NCBI GenBank assembly: GCA_003222035.1
Contig: QHUS01000092.1
Location: 8,202-72,201 of the forward strand
DNA length: 64,000 nucleotides
Reading direction: 5' to 3'
From: Gemmatimonadota bacterium
Lineage (GTDB): Bacteria; Gemmatimonadota; Gemmatimonadetes; Gemmatimonadales; GWC2-71-9
Shown here one piece after another: positions 9,332 to 17,916 of the stretch (position 1 is its first letter; the number at the start of each line of letters is the position of its first letter). The notes under the pieces were generated by a model. It saw nothing but the letters and a program-made list of their open reading frames with translations, made no database searches and was not told the DNA's origin. The position numbers and the translations under genes were made by a program.

Positions 9332-10326
9332 GCCGCAAGCTGCAGCTGCTGCTGTTCCTCGGTGGCTCCGCCGTCTTCGCGTACCTGGTCGGACGCATCG
9401 GCGTCGAGCAGCTCCTGTCCGACGCCGTACGCACCGGCTGGCTGTTCGTGCCAATTCTGCTGCTGTACGGCGTGGTGTGTCTCTGCAATGCCTGGGCCTG
9501 GTGGCTCAGCATGGCGGACGAGCCGAGCCATCCACCGTTCTGGCGTACCTTCGCCATCACGATCGCGAGCTTTTCGCTCAACTTCATGACCCCCATGGTC
9601 AACGTCGGCGGCGAGCCGTTCAAGATCGCCGCGGTGGCGCCGTGGCTGGGCTTGCGCCGGGCAGCCGGATCGGTCGTCATCTACCAGATGCTCCATACGC
9701 TGGGGATGTTGCTCAGCTTCCTCACGGCGGTGGTGCTCGGCGCCCTGCTGCTCCCGCCGCATCCGGCGCTCCTTACGACTCTGGCCGTGGCCTTCGTCGT
9801 CCTGGCGGGTCTGACGCTGCTGCTCCTGACGGGGCATCGCCGAGGCGGGTTGGAGCGGCTGCTGGATCTGTTGCACCGCATCCCGCTCGTCGACCGCGTG
9901 GCCCGCCGCCTCGAGCCCAAGCGCGCCACCATTGCTCAGATGGACGAGCAGATCACCGAGTTCTATCACCGGCGCCCGCGCCGCTTCGTCCAGGCGCTGG
10001 CGCTGGAGTATCTGAGTCGCTCGATCTTCATGATCGAGTACATGCTCATCGCGTTGGGCGTCGGTCTGCACATGACCTTCGCACAGGCCTACGTCATCGG
10101 CGGTCTCTCGTCGCTCATCCAGAACGTGATCTTCTTCGTGCCGTTCGAGGTGGGAACCAAGGAAGGCTCCCTGTACCTCGTGTTCCAGCTCCTGGGAATC
10201 GATCCAGCGGTCGGCGTCTACACCGCCATCGTGAGCCGGGCGCGCGACCTGGCCTGGATCGGCCTAGGGCTCGCGCTCGTCTGGTTCTCCGGACGCGCGG
10301 CGCAGGAGCGGACGGCGGAACCGTGA
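9328..10326 (+). CDS. Lysylphosphatidylglycerol-synthase TM/UPF0104 flippase-like membrane protein
   Basis: About 8 TM segments; NFMTPMVNVGGEP and FVPFEVGTKEG motifs; GTGA overlap. Confidence 0.85.
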   Translation: MSRKLQLLLFLGGSAVFAYLVGRIGVEQLLSDAVRTGWLFVPILLLYGVVCLCNAWAWWLSMADEPSHPPFWRTFAITIASFSLNFMTPMVNVGGEPFKIAAVAPWLGLRRAAGSVVIYQMLHTLGMLLSFLTAVVLGALLLPPHPALLTTLAVAFVVLAGLTLLLLTGHRRGGLERLLDLLHRIPLVDRVARRLEPKRATIAQMDEQITEFYHRRPRRFVQALALEYLSRSIFMIEYMLIALGVGLHMTFAQAYVIGGLSSLIQNVIFFVPFEVGTKEGSLYLVFQLLGIDPAVGVYTAIVSRARDLAWIGLGLALVWFSGRAAQERTAEP

Positions 10327-10766
10327 CGATCTTCACGCACGTGCTCGCCACCACACTCGGCGCGCAGGCGTTGGAGCTGCGCGGCGGGCAACTGGCGCTC
10401 GCGTACGCGTTCGGCGTGGGCGTCGACATCGATCACGCCATCAAGGCGCCGTTTTACCTGCGGGCCGTCGGCTTCCGGGACAAGCGCGGATACTACTGGC
10501 GCTCCTCGCTCCAGGAGCCGGTCGCCCTACTGTGGATCGTCCCGCTCAGCGTGTTCCTGGGTACGGTCATCCCGATCGTGTTTTTCGTCATGCACGTCGC
10601 GATGGACTACAGCGTGCGGTTCGAGAAGATGCCGGTCTACCCCTATTCCCCGTGGGTGACCCGAGGCTGGCTCACCCGCGTTCCGGACAAGGTCAAAGAG
10701 GGCATCCTGTTCGCAGTGCTGGTCGTGCTCAACCTCCTGGTCTACTGGTCGCGCAGGCATGTTTGA
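10323..10766 (+). CDS. Small membrane protein, divergent YdjM-like metal-dependent hydrolase
   Basis: N-terminal THV, VDIDH, RSSLQEP, HVAMD; GTGA overlap with flippase gene. Confidence 0.6.
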   Translation: MTIFTHVLATTLGAQALELRGGQLALAYAFGVGVDIDHAIKAPFYLRAVGFRDKRGYYWRSSLQEPVALLWIVPLSVFLGTVIPIVFFVMHVAMDYSVRFEKMPVYPYSPWVTRGWLTRVPDKVKEGILFAVLVVLNLLVYWSRRHV

Positions 10767-11361
10767 CTTCGCCCCCGCGGTGGGCCGGACGACGGATCGC
10801 GTGATCCGGCCGGTGCTGCGATTCTGTCACGTGGTCCTCGGCCTGTCGCCCGCGCAGGTCACCTGGGCCGCGTTCGTGGCCAGCGTGGCCGCGGCGGCCG
10901 CCGTGGCGACCGGGCGGCTGGGATGGGGCTTGAGTCTGATGGCGTTCGGCCAGCTGCTGGACGGCATCGACGGGGGCATCGCGCGCGAATACGGGCTCGC
11001 GTCCGAAGCGGGGCGGCGCCTCGACACGCTGGTGGACCGCCTGTCAGAAGCCGCGATCTTTGCGGGGTTCGCGCTGGCGCGGCTCGTGTCCTGGAAGCTG
11101 GCGCTCCTGGCCCTCGCCGCGATCCTCTTGATCACCACCATCGCGGATCGCTCGAAGCTCGACCCGGGCGTGAAACGCTTCGCGCTCTACTTTGGCCTGT
11201 GGCTTCCGTACCCCGCGATCTTCACTGTGGTGTTCGCTGTGAATCTGGCCGCCTACGTGGTGGGATTGCTGCTCCTCGACTTCCGGTTCCAACGCAGGAT
11301 GGACGCGCTCGGAGGCGACCTGGACACCATCGCCTCGCGGGCCGCGGCCCTCGCGCCCTAG
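10759..11361 (+). CDS. CDP-alcohol phosphatidyltransferase (short, PgsA/PIPS-like)
   Basis: [26 protein letters not shown] signature. Confidence 0.88.
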   Translation: MFDFAPAVGRTTDRVIRPVLRFCHVVLGLSPAQVTWAAFVASVAAAAAVATGRLGWGLSLMAFGQLLDGIDGGIAREYGLASEAGRRLDTLVDRLSEAAIFAGFALARLVSWKLALLALAAILLITTIADRSKLDPGVKRFALYFGLWLPYPAIFTVVFAVNLAAYVVGLLLLDFRFQRRMDALGGDLDTIASRAAALAP

Positions 11362-12320
11362 GCGGGACCCGTCTCCAGCTCGCGGCCGGGAAGCGAGCCG
11401 ACGGCGGTCGCGGGTTCCGACGCGTAGATGTACTGGGATGCGAAGACCGCGAAGGCGACGAGCAAGCCGGCCAGCGCATCCACGGCATAGTGGAACTGCC
11501 CGTAGACCACCGACAGGACCAGCCCGATCGTCAGCGGCATGAGGGTCAGGCCGAGCGGCCGCCAGTAGCGCAACGCGCAGAGGGCCGCGACCATCGCGGC
11601 CGCGACGTGCGACGAGGGGAATGCGGCGCCCCACGAGTCACCGCGGTCGAGTAACCACTGCGCCCACCGCGCCGGCCCGACCGACGTGGCGGCATTATGC
11701 GCGAGGTCGAACATGTAGCGCGGTCCCGCCACCGGGAAGAAGAGGAACACCACGTAACAAACGTAGAACGTCACCATCACCGCGAGGATCGTGCGCCGCG
11801 CCGCGTCGCGCCGGCCCCTTAACCAGAGCCCGAGCGGCGACGCGCACAGGATGGCGTAGTAGACGAGATAGCAGCTGTGCAGCAGCCAGGACAGCCCCGG
11901 GTTGGGCATCTCTCGGATCCAGCGGTACGACAGCTGCGACCCGAAGACCCAGAGCTCGAGCCGCTGGATGATCTGGTCGTGCTGGACTCCCAGATCCACG
12001 TTCACCACACCGACCTCCGCGTAGAGCCCGGCGAGCAGGACCATGGGGTACCAGTCGCCCAGGAAGCGACCGACCGCCCCGGCCTCGCGGGCGCGCGGGG
12101 CGATGAGGACGAGCACGACCACCAGTGCGTGCGCCGTGAGCAACAAGTCCCAGCTGGCGTGGTCCTCGCCCGAGAACGCGAGTACGGCCGCAGTCGCGAA
12201 CGTGACGTAGACGAGCGTGACGATGTCTACGGCGGTGAAGCGTTGTACGCCGACGCGACGGAACACGGCGAGCGCGCTCCAGAGAGGTGCCGTCGTGCCG
12301 TCGTGTAACGAGTGGCTCAC
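11358..12320 (-). CDS. PAP2_3 / AUR1-like inositol-phosphorylceramide-synthase family membrane protein
   Basis: [22 protein letters not shown] motifs; multiple TMs; GTGA overlap at 12317-12320. Confidence 0.8.
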   Translation of the reverse strand: MSHSLHDGTTAPLWSALAVFRRVGVQRFTAVDIVTLVYVTFATAAVLAFSGEDHASWDLLLTAHALVVVLVLIAPRAREAGAVGRFLGDWYPMVLLAGLYAEVGVVNVDLGVQHDQIIQRLELWVFGSQLSYRWIREMPNPGLSWLLHSCYLVYYAILCASPLGLWLRGRRDAARRTILAVMVTFYVCYVVFLFFPVAGPRYMFDLAHNAATSVGPARWAQWLLDRGDSWGAAFPSSHVAAAMVAALCALRYWRPLGLTLMPLTIGLVLSVVYGQFHYAVDALAGLLVAFAVFASQYIYASEPATAVGSLPGRELETGPA

Positions 12321-13285
12321 AGCCACCCCTCGCTCCGATACCACGCCGCGGTGCGGTGCAAGCCCGTCTCCAAGTCGACCTCCGCACGCCAGCCCGTCTC
12401 GCGCATCAGCGTATCGGGACGGCACGTCCACGCGGGCGCGAGGAATTCCGCTGCTTTGTCACCCGACAGGACCGTCGCCCGGCCCGCGAGATGCGCTATC
12501 GTTCCGATCGTCCAGAGGAGACCACGAGCGATCGGCCGGGGGAGGGGCACGATCAACGGCGCCCGCCCCACGGCCCGTCCGATCGCCTGCACGAGCCCGC
12601 GGCTGGTGGTCACGACCGGGTGGGCGGCGTAATAGACGCGGTTGGTCGCCCCCGGCGCCGTGGCCGCCGCCACGAGAGCGGCGGCGAGATCCCCGGCGTA
12701 AATGACCGACAGCTCCTGCGAGCCGTCACCGAACACGGGGGCGAACCCCGCGCGAGCCAGTTTGAACGCTTTGAGCACTTCCCGATCCCACTCACCATAC
12801 ACCGCGGGCGGCCGCACGATGGTCCAGGACCGAGCCATGCCTCGCACGAGCACCTCGGCGGCGAGCTTGCTCTGGCCGTACGGCGTGACGGGCGACGGCG
12901 GCTTGGTCTCGTCGATCGGCTGCCCCGGCACGGTCGGCCCACCGGCCGCGATGGACGAGACCAACAGGAGCCGCCCTTGCCAGCCAGGTGCGATTGCCTC
13001 GAGCAGGTTGGCCGTGCCGTCCCGGTTGGCGCGCATGAATTCTCCGAGATCGCGCGCGCTGATCCGTCCGGCTACGTGGTAAATCACATCCGCGTCGGCG
13101 CACCCTGCGCGCAGCGCGCCGGAATCGTCCAGGTCGCCGTGAACTAGCCGTACATCGGTCCAGCCGAGGGCGGCCGCCTTGCGGGGGCTCCGCACGAGAC
13201 ACGTGACGGTGTCGCCACGGGTGCGCAGGGCCTGCACTAGGTGCGCACCGACGAACCCGGTGCCGCCGGTGACGAACGCCTTCAC
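12317..13285 (-). CDS. NAD-dependent epimerase/dehydratase-type SDR, probable ceramide (3-keto) reductase, CerR-like
   Basis: VTGGTGFVG, YGQSK (YxxxK), VRPPAVYG; in operon with spt and GNAT. Confidence 0.75.
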   Translation of the reverse strand: MKAFVTGGTGFVGAHLVQALRTRGDTVTCLVRSPRKAAALGWTDVRLVHGDLDDSGALRAGCADADVIYHVAGRISARDLGEFMRANRDGTANLLEAIAPGWQGRLLLVSSIAAGGPTVPGQPIDETKPPSPVTPYGQSKLAAEVLVRGMARSWTIVRPPAVYGEWDREVLKAFKLARAGFAPVFGDGSQELSVIYAGDLAAALVAAATAPGATNRVYYAAHPVVTTSRGLVQAIGRAVGRAPLIVPLPRPIARGLLWTIGTIAHLAGRATVLSGDKAAEFLAPAWTCRPDTLMRETGWRAEVDLETGLHRTAAWYRSEGWL

Positions 13286-14394
13286 AGTGGCTTGTCGTAG
13301 ATCCGGTAGGTCTTGTAAGGGTGGAAGCCGAGCTGCAGCGCGGCATTGACCATCGGCATGTTGTCTTCGAGGATCCACCCCCCCTCGCCCCAGGTGAAGC
13401 CGTGCTTCGCGCCCTTGGACCAGATCCAGTGGTACATCAGGGCGTCCACGCCGCTGCGGCGGTACTCCTTCAGCGCTCCGAGGAGCGGGATGCGGCAGCG
13501 ATGGATCCGGCGCGCATACCACAGGACCTTGGGGAGGCCCCAGATCCGGCCGGACGGATTGTGCTTCAGGGCCACGTTCAGATCCGGCAACGCAACCGCG
13601 AAGCCGATCACCTGCCCGGCGCGCTGGGCGAAGCACACCAGATCAGGGACCACGATCGGCCTCAGCTGCTTGGCGAGATGATCGATCTCCGCGCCGGTGA
13701 GCGGCACGAAGCCCCAGTTACGCTCCCATGCCTGGTTGTACAGCATCTTCACCAGCTCCACCTCTTCCCTGAACCGCTTCATGTCGAGCGGGCGCAGCGT
13801 GATCCCCTGGCGCTCGGCGAGCAGTTTGGCGACCCGCGTGATGCGGTCGGGCACCTGCGAGCTCGTGCTCTGGAACGCCAGCAGGTCCTTGGCCTTCGTG
13901 AACCCGTAGCTCTCATGCAGGGCGACGTACGAGGGGCCGTTGTGCGGCATCATCAGCGCCGGCGGCGTGTCGAAGCCTGCGACCAGTAAGCCACATTCAT
14001 CGTTGATCGAAGGGTTCATCGGCCCGCGCATCACGAGGAAGCCCTTGTCCGCGAGCCACCGCCCGGCGGCGTCGAACAGCGCGTTCGCCACCGGCTGCTC
14101 GTTGACGCACTCGAAGAAGCCGTAGAATCCGACGCGGTCCTGGTGCTCGTGCGTGTGTGCGTCGTTCTTGATCGCGGCGATGCGGCCGACCGTGCGGCCG
14201 TTCCGGACGGCGAGGTAATACTGGGCTGCGGCGTGCTCGAAGAACGGATTCTTGCCGGCCGTGAGCAACGTCCGGACGTCCATCCGCAGGGGCGGGACCC
14301 AGAGCGGGTCGCCGCGGTAATGCTCGTACGGAAAACCGATGAACCGCTCCAGATCGCGCCCGCTGGTTACGGGCACGATCTGCGGAGCGCTCAG
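13282..14394 (-). CDS. GNAT-fold N-acyltransferase, bacterial ceramide synthase (bCerS/YghO-like)
   Basis: VGRIAAI, GFYGFFEC, MRGPMNPSINDECGLLVAGFDTPP..MMPHN, WGFVP, WILEDN, KTYRIY; directly downstream of spt. Start uncertain (CTG 14394 or GTG 14376). Confidence 0.8.
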   Translation of the reverse strand: MSAPQIVPVTSGRDLERFIGFPYEHYRGDPLWVPPLRMDVRTLLTAGKNPFFEHAAAQYYLAVRNGRTVGRIAAIKNDAHTHEHQDRVGFYGFFECVNEQPVANALFDAAGRWLADKGFLVMRGPMNPSINDECGLLVAGFDTPPALMMPHNGPSYVALHESYGFTKAKDLLAFQSTSSQVPDRITRVAKLLAERQGITLRPLDMKRFREEVELVKMLYNQAWERNWGFVPLTGAEIDHLAKQLRPIVVPDLVCFAQRAGQVIGFAVALPDLNVALKHNPSGRIWGLPKVLWYARRIHRCRIPLLGALKEYRRSGVDALMYHWIWSKGAKHGFTWGEGGWILEDNMPMVNAALQLGFHPYKTYRIYDKPL

Positions 14395-15599
14395 ATGACC
14401 CCCAGCTCTTTGCCGATCCTTCCGAAGGTCTCCAAGGCGTAGTCGATTTGTTGCGCCGTGTGCGTCGCCATCACGCTCGTCCGCAGCCGGCAGCGCGACG
14501 GCGGCAAGGCCGGCGGCACGACGGGGTTGGTGAACACGCCGGCATCGAAGAGCTTGCGCCAGAAGAGCAGCGTCTTCTCGAATTCCCCGATCAGGAATGG
14601 CACGATGGGGGTCTCGGTCGTCCCGATGTCGAACCCCATCGAGCGCAGCCCCCGCTGGAGCCGACGCGCGTTCGTCCAGAGGCACTCCCGGCGCTCGGGC
14701 TCGCGTTGCATCACGTGCAGGGCAGCGAGCACCCCGGCCGTGTTCGACGGCGGGAGCGCGGCCGTGAACACCAGGGGTCGCGCATTGTAGCGGAGGAACT
14801 CGATCACCCCTTCGGGCCCCGCCACGAAGCCGCCGATCGACGCGAGCGATTTCGAGAACGTGCCCACGATCAGGTCGACCTCGTCGCCGAGCCCGAATTG
14901 GGCGGCGGTGCCGTCGCCCTGCGGGCCGAGCACCCCGACCGCGTGGGCGTCGTCGATCGCGAGCGCCGCTCCGTGCTTCTGAGCGATCTTGAGCAGGTTG
15001 GGCACGTCGGCGATGTCGCCCTCCATCGAGTAGACGCCATCGACAATGATCATCTTTCCGACGCCCGTCGCCGCGCGCTGCAGCTTGCGCTCGAGTTCCG
15101 CCAGATCGCCGTGGGCGAACCGCTCGGTTTGGCCGTACGACATCTTGGCGCCGTCCACAATCGAGGCGTGGTCCAATTTGTCGAGGAAGACGACGTCCCC
15201 CCGGCCCACCAGCCCGGAGACGACTCCCAGGTTCGCCTGGTAGCCGGTCGAAAACACGAGGCAGGCCTCCTTGCCGAAGAACTGCGCGAGCTCCCCTTCG
15301 AGCTGCTGGTGCAGATCCAGCGTGCCGTTCAACAACCGGCTCCCCGTGCAGCCCGAGCCGTAGCGATCGAGCGCCGCCTTTGCCGCCGCGAGCACCTCGG
15401 GGTGGTGCGTGAGCCCCAGGTAGTTGTTGGAGCCCATCATGATGCGTTGCTTCCCCTCGATGATGACCACGGTGTCTTCGGACTGGGAGATCGGCTTGTA
15501 CCAGGCGTGGAGCCCAGACGCCTGGACCTCGCGCGCCTTGGGAAGGAAGTTCCTGCACTTCTCGAACAACGCGATGTGCTGCAGGGTCTCGGTACTCAC
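14391..15599 (-). CDS. spt: Serine palmitoyltransferase (alpha-oxoamine synthase family)
   Basis: GSNNYLGL, GCTGSRLLNGTLDLH (SPT-type), DHASIVDG, DDAH, GTFSKS PLP-lysine; no bio genes nearby; ceramide genes follow. Confidence 0.8.
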   Translation of the reverse strand: MSTETLQHIALFEKCRNFLPKAREVQASGLHAWYKPISQSEDTVVIIEGKQRIMMGSNNYLGLTHHPEVLAAAKAALDRYGSGCTGSRLLNGTLDLHQQLEGELAQFFGKEACLVFSTGYQANLGVVSGLVGRGDVVFLDKLDHASIVDGAKMSYGQTERFAHGDLAELERKLQRAATGVGKMIIVDGVYSMEGDIADVPNLLKIAQKHGAALAIDDAHAVGVLGPQGDGTAAQFGLGDEVDLIVGTFSKSLASIGGFVAGPEGVIEFLRYNARPLVFTAALPPSNTAGVLAALHVMQREPERRECLWTNARRLQRGLRSMGFDIGTTETPIVPFLIGEFEKTLLFWRKLFDAGVFTNPVVPPALPPSRCRLRTSVMATHTAQQIDYALETFGRIGKELGVI

Positions 15600-15748
15600 G
15601 GGGCCCCCAGTCGGTGATGATAGGAAAAAATCAGCCTAGAGCTTAGCCGCGAGGGGCTAAAACCGCAAGGCCACGAGAGATGCGCCATGTCGGCACGACC
15701 GGCGCCCGGCGCGTAACTTGTAGGCCGCTCGCTCTCCGTGAGACTCCG

Positions 15749-16462
15749 ATGCGCGCGTCCGCTGTCGCCGTTCCGCTGGTGCTCTGCTTCGCCCGGCCCC
15801 ATGGCGCCGTGGCGCAGCAGCTGTATCGTGTCTCGTGGTGGGACGCCGCGTCCATCGCGGTCGCCGGCGGGCTCGCCGTGATCCCCACCGCCGCCGGCTT
15901 GCCGAGCGGGCCGCCGCCCTGCGCTCCGTGCGATCCCGCCACGCTGTCCGACTTCGATCGTGTCGCGCTGAACACGTTTTCCTCAAGCGCAGCAACGACG
16001 AGCAACTTTCTGCTGATCGGTGTGACGGCGGGTTCCGCTGCGGCGTTGCTGGAGGGTGCAGACCCGAAGCGAGCCCGCGGCGACGTTGCCGTGTTCGGGA
16101 ACGCACTGACCTGGACTCTGGCGACGACCGAGTGGCTCAAAGTGGCGGTGCATCGCAGTCGGCCCGTCTTGTACACGGCGGACGCGCCCGCGGCGGCGTC
16201 GAGCCCCGAGAACCGGAAATCGTTTCCTTCCGGGCACGCGTCGTTGGCGTTCGCGGCGGCGACGTCCTATCTCGTGATGTCAGGGCGGCATCGCTTGCGC
16301 CACCGTGCCCGCAATGCAGCGCTGCTCTACGCCGGCGCGCTCGGCGTCTGTGCCCTGCGGGTGGCAGCGGGCAAGCACTTTCCGACGGACGTCATTGGGG
16401 GCGCGGCGCTGGGCAGCGGGGTTGGGTGGCTCGTCGCCACGATCCATCCGACGGAACCGTGA
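15749..16462 (+). CDS. PAP2 family phosphatase
   Basis: KVAVHRSRP, SFPSGH, LRVAAGKHFPTDV (C1-C3 motifs). Confidence 0.88.
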   Translation: MRASAVAVPLVLCFARPHGAVAQQLYRVSWWDAASIAVAGGLAVIPTAAGLPSGPPPCAPCDPATLSDFDRVALNTFSSSAATTSNFLLIGVTAGSAAALLEGADPKRARGDVAVFGNALTWTLATTEWLKVAVHRSRPVLYTADAPAAASSPENRKSFPSGHASLAFAAATSYLVMSGRHRLRHRARNAALLYAGALGVCALRVAAGKHFPTDVIGGAALGSGVGWLVATIHPTEP

Positions 16463-16482
16463 CGGGTCGCCGCGGCGATGAC

Positions 16483-17868
16483 ATGACCCGGCTGCCGCGG
16501 GTCATGGGACTGCGCGACGTCGTGCTGTTCAACATCTCCGCGATCGTCGGGCTCCGCTGGCTCACGACGGCCGCGAGTCAGTTCGGTCCGGCGAGCCTGA
16601 GCGTGTGGCTCGTGGCGATGCTGATTTTCTTCCTGCCGTCGGCCGTCGCGGTGCGCGAGCTGTCCGAGATCGATCCGGGTGCCGGGGGGCTGTACCGGTG
16701 GGTGCGCAGCGCGTTCGGGCCCGTGAACGGGTTCGTGGCGGCCTGGGGCTACTGGGTCAACAACCTGCTGTACTTTCCGTCGCTCCTGGTCACGACCGCG
16801 GCGATCGCCGCGTACGCCGGCGGGGTGAGGTTCGTTCACCTGGGCGACGACTCCCGGTTCATCGCGCTCGTGTCCCTGGCGGGGCTGTGGCTGGCGGTGG
16901 GCATGAACGTCGTCGGCCTGCGGGTGGGGAAGCGGTTGCAGAACATCGGCGGACACGCCACCTGGGTGCCGTTCCTGATCTTCATGGTGCTCGCGGTCTG
17001 GGCGCTGGTGACCCGGGGCAGCGCGACCCCGGTTACGGCGCCACCGCTGCTGCCGGCGACGTTCGACCTCCAGTCCATCAACCTGTTCGCGACGATGACG
17101 TTTGCGTTCGCGGGGCTGGAGCTCGCGCCCACGCTGGGCGACGAGATCCACGACCCCGCGGCCACGCTGCGGCGCGGCATCGTGGTGTCGGGCATCGCGA
17201 TCGTGACGATGTACGTGCTCGGGACCGCCGCCATGCTCGTCGCGCTGCCCCCCGAAACGGTGAGCATCACCAACGGCATGCCGCAGGCGACGGCCGCCCT
17301 GGCCGACCGACTGGGGACTCGGTGGCTCGCACCTGCGTCGAGCGTGGTCGCGATCCTGCTCGTGCTCGGGAACCTGGGCGGCGTGGGTGCGTGGCTCGCG
17401 GGCTCGGCGCGCTTGCCCTTCGTCGCGGGCCTCGACGGCGCCCTGCCGCGGGCGTTCGGGCGCATCCACCCGCGCTGGCACACACCGCATGTCGGATTGC
17501 TCGTCCAGGGGGGGATCGCGACGCTGTTCGTGATCGCAAGTCTGGTGGGGACCACGGTGAAGAATGCCTACCTCGTCCTCACACAGACGACGATCGTGCT
17601 GTTCTTTATCCCCTACCTCTACGTCTTTCTGGCGTACCTGCGCCTGCGGCGCCAACGCACGGTGGGCAGCGCGCTGGTCGGATGGATCGGCTCGGCGGCC
17701 GTGCTGTTATCGATCGTCCTCGGCTTCGTCCCGCCCGCCGATGAACCACGCCCCTGGTTGTACGAGGCGAAGGTCGTCGGCGGCGTGATCGGATTCATGG
17801 CGCTCGGGGTAGTACTTGCGGGCCGTGGTGTGAGGCATCCCACCCCTGCCTCGATGCCGCAGGCCTAA
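16483..17868 (+). CDS. APC family amino acid permease (GadC/YjeH-like)
   Basis: VGLRWL, GGLYRWV, FAFAGLE, about 12 TMs. Confidence 0.88.
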   Translation: MTRLPRVMGLRDVVLFNISAIVGLRWLTTAASQFGPASLSVWLVAMLIFFLPSAVAVRELSEIDPGAGGLYRWVRSAFGPVNGFVAAWGYWVNNLLYFPSLLVTTAAIAAYAGGVRFVHLGDDSRFIALVSLAGLWLAVGMNVVGLRVGKRLQNIGGHATWVPFLIFMVLAVWALVTRGSATPVTAPPLLPATFDLQSINLFATMTFAFAGLELAPTLGDEIHDPAATLRRGIVVSGIAIVTMYVLGTAAMLVALPPETVSITNGMPQATAALADRLGTRWLAPASSVVAILLVLGNLGGVGAWLAGSARLPFVAGLDGALPRAFGRIHPRWHTPHVGLLVQGGIATLFVIASLVGTTVKNAYLVLTQTTIVLFFIPYLYVFLAYLRLRRQRTVGSALVGWIGSAAVLLSIVLGFVPPADEPRPWLYEAKVVGGVIGFMALGVVLAGRGVRHPTPASMPQA

Positions 17869-17916
17869 GCTAGATTGCCGCAGCCGATCGTTCCTGCACA
17901 CACGCCGAGGGTTGCC

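Noticed and set aside
13282-15558. 758-aa ORF as a single fusion protein (likewise 9057-10766, 28606-31242, 32030-35275, 51041-53830, 15835-17868)
   Set aside because: The N-terminal parts are off-frame or antisense shadows of neighbouring genes in high-GC DNA; true starts lie further in.
14391-15599. 8-amino-7-oxononanoate synthase (bioF) or glycine C-acetyltransferase (kbl)
   Set aside because: GSRLLNGTLDLH motif and coupling to bCerS-like and CerR-like genes favour Spt; no bio or tdh genes nearby. Not excluded without an assay.
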